Of a stretch of 44,663 bases of DNA, positions 39,595 to 44,663 are shown one piece after another. The notes beneath the pieces are model-generated. The model had not been told where the DNA came from and made no database searches. It saw only the letters and a list, made by a program, of their open reading frames with translations. The first letter of the stretch is position 1. Each line of letters opens with the position of its first letter. The position numbers and the translations under genes were made by a program. Source of the DNA: an uncultured archaeon (lineage in GTDB: Archaea > Asgardarchaeota > Lokiarchaeia > Sigyniarchaeales > SOKP01); the NCBI GenBank assembly GCA_964388035.1, contig CAYLZE010000035.1, positions 1-44,663 on the forward strand, in the 5' to 3' direction.

Positions 39595-41265
39595 ATGACC
39601 GAATTTTCTGGAAAAAAATTAAAAAACTTAGAAGAAGCCAAGACCGAATGGGAAGCAAAATCCCAAAACGAGAAAGAAGAAAGAAAAAGATTTAAGAATC
39701 TCTCAAACATCGAAATTGAACGCTTATATACTCCCCTTCATATTAAGGATTTTGATTACATGGAAAAACTGGGTTTTCCAGGACAATATCCTTTTACAAG
39801 AGGAGCATATCCAACCATGTATCGGGGAAGATTATGGACCATGCGGCAATTTGCGGGGTTTGGTACTGCAGAGCAAACCAATCAGCGCTATAAATTTTTA
39901 CTGGAGTATGGTCAGACGGGTTTGAGTGTAGCATTCAGTCTTCACACGATTTACGGAATCGAAGCAACCGATGAGAGAGCTTTGGGTGAAATAGGAAAGG
40001 AGGGGGTCTCTATTGACACTTTAAAAGACATGGAACAATTGTTTAATGGCATTGATTTGTCAAAAATTTCAACGTCCATGACTATTAATGGTCCTGCTTC
40101 CATTTTATTAGCACTTTATATTGCTGTGGGAGAGAAACAAGGACATTCTCCCAATGAATTGCGTGGTACCATTCAGAATGATATTTTAAAAGAATATATT
40201 GCTCAAAAATCCTGGATTTTTCCTCCAGAACCTTCCATGCGATTAATTGTGGATACCATTGAATATTGCACGAAGTATGTTCCTCAATGGTATACCATAT
40301 CCATTAGCGGATATCATATCAGAGAGGCAGGAGCAACAGCCATTCAAGAACTTGCTTTTACCCTGGCAGATGGATTCGCGTATGTTGAAGCTGCAATGAA
40401 AAGAGGATTAGATGTGGATGATTTTGCCCCAAGATTATCCTTCTTTTTTAATTCCCACAATAATTTCTTCGAGGAAATTTGCAAGTTTAGAGCAGCCCGT
40501 AGAATTTGGGCTAAAAGAATGAAAGAAAAATATGGGGCAAAAAATCCGGAATCAATGAGACTACGTTTTCACACGCAAACCGCAGGAGTCTCCCTAGCCG
40601 CTCAAGAACCTGAAAATAATATTGCTCGAGTCACTATTCAAGGATTAGCAGCAGTTTTAGGAGGCACTCAATCCTTGCATACTAATTCCTTTGACGAGGC
40701 ACTTTGCTTGCCTACAGAAAAGGCAGCTAAAATTGCGCTTAGAACCCAACAAATTATCGCCCATGAATCTGGTGTAATCGATACTGTTGATCCCTTAGCC
40801 GGTTCTTATTATGTAGAATGGTTGACAAATAAAATGGAAGAAGGAGCGGAGGAATATTTCAAAAAAATTGAACAATTGGGAGGAGTTATCCCTGCAATTA
40901 AAGCTAATTTCTTCCAAAAAGAAATTGCAAATGCGTCTTACCGTTATCAGCAAGAAATCGAAAATCAAGAGCACATTATAGTAGGAGTAAATCAATTTCA
41001 ACAAAAAGAACCGTGTTCCATTCCCTTATTAACAATTGATGAAAAGGTAGCCAAACAACAAGTTGAAAACTTGGAAATAATCAAAACCATGAGAAATGAA
41101 GAAGAAGCGAAGAAATATTTGATGGAGTTGAAAAAAGCTGCAGAAGGAACGGATAATTTAATGCCCTTTATATTGAAAGCCGTTAAAGCGTATGTTTCAA
41201 TAGGAGAAATAATTAATGTCTTGAAAGAAGTATTCGGAACGTATCGAGAAGATTCTGTCTTTTAA
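39595..41265 (+). CDS. B12-dependent acyl-CoA mutase large subunit (methylmalonyl-CoA mutase family, isobutyryl-CoA-mutase-like residues)
   Basis: FPGQYPFTRG, WTMRQFAGFG, QNDILKEYIAQ, SISGYHIREAG, GGTQSLHTNSFDEA. Confidence 0.93.
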   Translation: MTEFSGKKLKNLEEAKTEWEAKSQNEKEERKRFKNLSNIEIERLYTPLHIKDFDYMEKLGFPGQYPFTRGAYPTMYRGRLWTMRQFAGFGTAEQTNQRYKFLLEYGQTGLSVAFSLHTIYGIEATDERALGEIGKEGVSIDTLKDMEQLFNGIDLSKISTSMTINGPASILLALYIAVGEKQGHSPNELRGTIQNDILKEYIAQKSWIFPPEPSMRLIVDTIEYCTKYVPQWYTISISGYHIREAGATAIQELAFTLADGFAYVEAAMKRGLDVDDFAPRLSFFFNSHNNFFEEICKFRAARRIWAKRMKEKYGAKNPESMRLRFHTQTAGVSLAAQEPENNIARVTIQGLAAVLGGTQSLHTNSFDEALCLPTEKAAKIALRTQQIIAHESGVIDTVDPLAGSYYVEWLTNKMEEGAEEYFKKIEQLGGVIPAIKANFFQKEIANASYRYQQEIENQEHIIVGVNQFQQKEPCSIPLLTIDEKVAKQQVENLEIIKTMRNEEEAKKYLMELKKAAEGTDNLMPFILKAVKAYVSIGEIINVLKEVFGTYREDSVF

Positions 41266-41480
41266 CCATTGTTCAGGAAGAGTGCTTGGGAAAAAGTTCG
41301 AACTCATTCTTCTCTTGATATTTTGTATTTTTCTTTAGCTTTCTTGAATTTAGAAAACATTTTCATTGCCATTCCTTTTTCGCCCTTACTCAGCATGCAC
41401 TTTTGATAAAATTATAAACGATTGCTTTCTTTACTTATTTATTAATATTTTCATTACCAAATCATTTCTTTTAGCAAAAA

Positions 41481-41873
41481 ATGAAGAGATTAAAAGTTTT
41501 AGTGTGCAAACCAGGGCTTGATGGGCACGATCGAGGCGCCAAGGTGATTGCGCGTGCCTTACGAGATGCCGGAATGGAAGTAATCTACACGGGCCTTCAT
41601 CAAACTCCCGATGATATCGTCAACACCGTGATTCAAGAGGATCCGGACGCGGTTTTACTTAGCATTTTATCAGGAGCTCATAAAGCATTATGTCCCGTCA
41701 TCATGCAAAAGTTAAAGGAACATGGAATTGATGATATTCTGGTCAGTGTCGGCGGAATCATTCCCGAAGAAGATAAACCATTTTTAGAAGAACACGGTTT
41801 AAAAGGTTTTTACGGGCCGGGGACGCCACTCAAGGACATCGTAGAATTTGTGCAAAAGAACGTAAAAAGATAA
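41481..41873 (+). CDS. Cobalamin-binding small subunit of acyl-CoA mutase
   Basis: KPGLDGHDRG (DxHxxG), SILSGAH, GGIIP. Confidence 0.95.
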   Translation: MKRLKVLVCKPGLDGHDRGAKVIARALRDAGMEVIYTGLHQTPDDIVNTVIQEDPDAVLLSILSGAHKALCPVIMQKLKEHGIDDILVSVGGIIPEEDKPFLEEHGLKGFYGPGTPLKDIVEFVQKNVKR

Positions 41874-41880
41874 AAATAAC

Positions 41881-42885
41881 ATGGATTACATGGAATTGGT
41901 TAATAATTTAATAAGTGGAGATGCTCGTTCTGCTGCTCGATTAATCACGTTAGTAGAAAATGATATTCATCTCGCAGAGAAAGTAATTAATTCAATATAC
42001 GATAAAACGGGAAAAGCTTACATCCTGGGAATAACAGGTGCTCCGGGAAGTGGCAAAAGCACGTTTATTTCCACGCTTACCAAGCAATTCGTTGTTTTAG
42101 GGAAAAAAATCGGAATAATTTGCGTGGATCCCTCCTCTCCCTTAAGCGGGGGAGCGTTATTAGGGGATAGAATACGGATGAAAGACAATTTTTCTGTTAA
42201 AAATGTTTTCATTCGAAGCATGGCAAATCGCGGTCAATTGGGAGGCTTAGCTCGTGCTACGGAAGACGCGATTAAAATCTTGGATGTCTATGGATGCGAT
42301 ATCATAATTATTGAAACTGTAGGGGTGGGACAATCTGAAGTAGATATCTTTCGATCCGCAGAAACCATCATCGTGCTGCTGATGCCTGAATCGGGAGATG
42401 GCATACAAGTGATAAAAGCTGGTATCATGGAAATAACGGATATTTTTTGCATCAATAAAATGGATTTGCCCGGCGCAGATAGAAAGGTAGCAGAAATCCA
42501 ACAAATGCTAGAAATGAGCTTGAAGTATAAAGACAATAAAAAAAATGATGAAGAAAAGGATCAAGCGACATCGGTACAAAATCAATGGATTCCCGAAATT
42601 GTAAAAGTTAATTCTCTTACGGGAGAAAATTTCGAAGATTTAATGAAAATAATAGTAAAACATCGCAATTTTTTGGAAGAAACGGGATTAATTAAAGAAT
42701 ACCTTGAACGTAGAATAAAGAGCGAGACCACGCAAATTGTAAAATACAAACTCACAAAAAAAATAGAAGAGCTCCTTGAAAGTAACGAAAAAGTGGACGA
42801 TTACTTGAATAAAGTCGTAAATAAATCCTTAGACCCTTATTCCATGGCTAATAGAATCATTAAACTTCTTGGAATCGATTTTTAA
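41881..42885 (+). CDS. meaB: MeaB/ArgK mutase-associated GTPase chaperone
   Basis: GITGAPGSGKST, DPSSP.SGGALLGDRIRM, ETVGVGQSE, NKMD. Confidence 0.93.
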   Translation: MDYMELVNNLISGDARSAARLITLVENDIHLAEKVINSIYDKTGKAYILGITGAPGSGKSTFISTLTKQFVVLGKKIGIICVDPSSPLSGGALLGDRIRMKDNFSVKNVFIRSMANRGQLGGLARATEDAIKILDVYGCDIIIIETVGVGQSEVDIFRSAETIIVLLMPESGDGIQVIKAGIMEITDIFCINKMDLPGADRKVAEIQQMLEMSLKYKDNKKNDEEKDQATSVQNQWIPEIVKVNSLTGENFEDLMKIIVKHRNFLEETGLIKEYLERRIKSETTQIVKYKLTKKIEELLESNEKVDDYLNKVVNKSLDPYSMANRIIKLLGIDF

Positions 42886-42967
42886 TAAGCATTCCAGGCA
42901 TATTATCTTAATTATCTTTTTCTAAGAAATTAGAATTTGGTACGATTCATGAGAGGGGAACAATAAA

Positions 42968-43741
42968 ATTAACGAAGATTATATCATTATAGCGGGAGGG
43001 GGAAAGTTTGGAGAAAAAGCAGTTCAATTCGCAAAAAAGGGTGCGTATAAGACCATTATCATAGATAACGATCCAGAATGCCATGCTGCCCACCTTGCCT
43101 CCTTGAAAGTACGCATGTTAAGCGAGTTAGCTTCAGAATTAGGACACTTTAAGGAGGGGGAAATAATATTTCTAAATTCGGACATCTCCACCATTATTCC
43201 ATTATTAGAAAAAATGACTCCAAAATTAATCATACCCGTCGTTCCCGTACACTTGCTCTTGGTTATTATACACGATTTGCTGGAAAAAAAGTCCATCAAA
43301 TTAATACCGGATACTATTCTAACTAATAATTTCGAGAAAATAATGAACCCTGAATTACTCCTTGGAGCATACAAAGAGGAAGGAGTTATTTATCTTTCTC
43401 ACGCCCGAGCAAATGAGGTTTGTCCCGACAACTGTTGGGGGCCTCCTAATTATTGCCCGCATTTTAAACGTGAAAAATCAATTACCATCACTCGCTATCT
43501 CAAGGATCTTTTCCAAGTAGAGGGTGTATTTAAAGCAGATAAAAATGACAATTCCCTTTTTTTTATTATTGTAGAGAGCGAGCAGTTAATGCCAGGACTG
43601 GGAGGAATATCAGGAGAAGAAATTCAGAACATGTTAAGCACGCTGGAAAAAAACGTTAATGAAATCAAAGCTGGGAGTCATTTTGTTATTGCAACCTCTT
43701 GCAATTGCCATGGAGTGATTCACTTCATGAAAGTAGCATGA
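42968..43741 (+). CDS. NAD(P)-binding Rossmann-domain protein with Cys-rich motifs; N-terminus extends upstream of the ORF-track start (probable ATT at 42968)
   Basis: In-frame upstream INEDYIIIAGGGKFGEKA...IIIDND (GxGxxG); CPDNC..P..CP; ATSCNCHG. Confidence 0.7.
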   Translation: MNEDYIIIAGGGKFGEKAVQFAKKGAYKTIIIDNDPECHAAHLASLKVRMLSELASELGHFKEGEIIFLNSDISTIIPLLEKMTPKLIIPVVPVHLLLVIIHDLLEKKSIKLIPDTILTNNFEKIMNPELLLGAYKEEGVIYLSHARANEVCPDNCWGPPNYCPHFKREKSITITRYLKDLFQVEGVFKADKNDNSLFFIIVESEQLMPGLGGISGEEIQNMLSTLEKNVNEIKAGSHFVIATSCNCHGVIHFMKVA

Positions 43742-43800
43742 AAGAAAATAAAGTTATACCATTCTGAATAATTAAAAAGTATAATTTTTGTTAATTTTAG

Positions 43801-44247
43801 CTAGGATTTTTCGAATAAGGCGATTCTAAGATCATACTGTTTTGGGCTATTAGGACAATTTAATTCACAACAAGCCGGAAGATATGAATAAACCTCAAAG
43901 CGATTAGAAGGCACTAATAAATACATCAAAGAGTGAATGGAAGAACACGATTTATTTATCTGTTCTAAAGGTCCATCGCACATGAATTTCTTATGTTCTT
44001 GTTTATTTACGAAGAGACATAATCCTTCTTTAGGATAGAACCCAAATAAGTATTGGAATTGGGGAATGACAGGGTATTTTTTGGTTTCAACTTTTTTTTG
44101 ATATTCAACAGTAATATTGTTAAAAGAAAGAGTAAATTCCAGGGCCTTGAAAGAATCATTATTTTTATCTTCTGCCGAAATATCATGCAGGATAAAATCT
44201 CGAGAAACTGCCTTGTTAATTAGACTCTCTAATTCTTTATGGATCAT
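43801..44247 (-). CDS. Hypothetical protein, Cys-containing
   Basis: 148-aa ORF whose start overlaps the upstream stop (ATGA). Confidence 0.6.
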   Translation of the reverse strand: MIHKELESLINKAVSRDFILHDISAEDKNNDSFKALEFTLSFNNITVEYQKKVETKKYPVIPQFQYLFGFYPKEGLCLFVNKQEHKKFMCDGPLEQINKSCSSIHSLMYLLVPSNRFEVYSYLPACCELNCPNSPKQYDLRIALFEKS

Positions 44248-44558
44248 TTATCTTTATTTTTTGTTCTTTCTTTTTTCTTTTCTTTTTTGTTTTCTTCTTT
44301 CTTTTTTTGCTTCTTGGGATCTATCCATTCTGAGAAAATTTCTTCAATTAAAAGATCTTTTTCATTTCCGCACTTCGGGCATTTTTCCTCAGAAATTTTC
44401 TTAAAAGTATAATCTCCTTTCTTGAATTCTCGGGTATATTTCTCATGACATTTCCCACATCTTACTATTGTATTTACTCGCTCATAAAACCGATCTTTTC
44501 TTTCAAATTGGTCTATTCCGATATCCGGAATAGGAGGCAGCTGGGGTTCTTCAGACAT
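44244..44558 (-). CDS. Small zinc-ribbon protein
   Basis: CGKC...REFKKGDYTFK...CPKCG; Lys-rich tail. Confidence 0.75.
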   Translation of the reverse strand: MSEEPQLPPIPDIGIDQFERKDRFYERVNTIVRCGKCHEKYTREFKKGDYTFKKISEEKCPKCGNEKDLLIEEIFSEWIDPKKQKKKEENKKEKKKERTKNKDK

Positions 44559-44663
44559 CTTATATATTAATACCTTTTTTAATAGTGTTATTTAATATAT
44601 ATTCTTTATTAATAAAATTGATTATTAGGATATAATCTTAACCTTTATGACTTAAAATCCCTG

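Noticed and set aside
42949-42970. Second BHB intron explaining the missing start of the Rossmann protein
   Set aside because: No 4-bp helix with 3-nt bulges could be drawn
399-44404. Many short antisense or nested ORFs in the track (e.g. 399-626, 5853-6176, 6672-7178, 17492-17878, 43024-43374, 44117-44404)
   Set aside because: Shadows of well-supported genes on the opposite strand or in another frame

Overview
AT-rich, gene-dense archaeal chromosome segment. Gene content (Rag-like and MglA-like small GTPases, arrestin-like and PCI-like proteins, archaeal uL16/L10e, split B12 acyl-CoA mutase) points to an Asgard archaeon, probably Lokiarchaeia; this is an inference from protein families. Most genes are catabolic or housekeeping: two sulfatases, a GH31 glycosidase, MFS transporters, hydrolases, a radical SAM enzyme and a mutase/MeaB cluster. 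The standout observation is that the ribosomal protein uL16 gene is frame-disrupted by a 31-nt insert (34903-34933). The insert folds into a bulge-helix-bulge motif, and canonical cleavage and ligation restore the frame (MAHRRPWHCYA-K-WTRRPY), so it is a candidate tRNA-type (EndA/RtcB) intron in an mRNA. Also seen: a TetR module with repeated palindromic operators, likely ATA/ATT start codons, a decayed copy of the GH31 3' end, an antitoxin-like pseudogene, an ICM-type mutase signature and an ACD-alpha homologue lacking its catalytic His loop. No rRNA, tRNA, CRISPR array or transposase was recognised.
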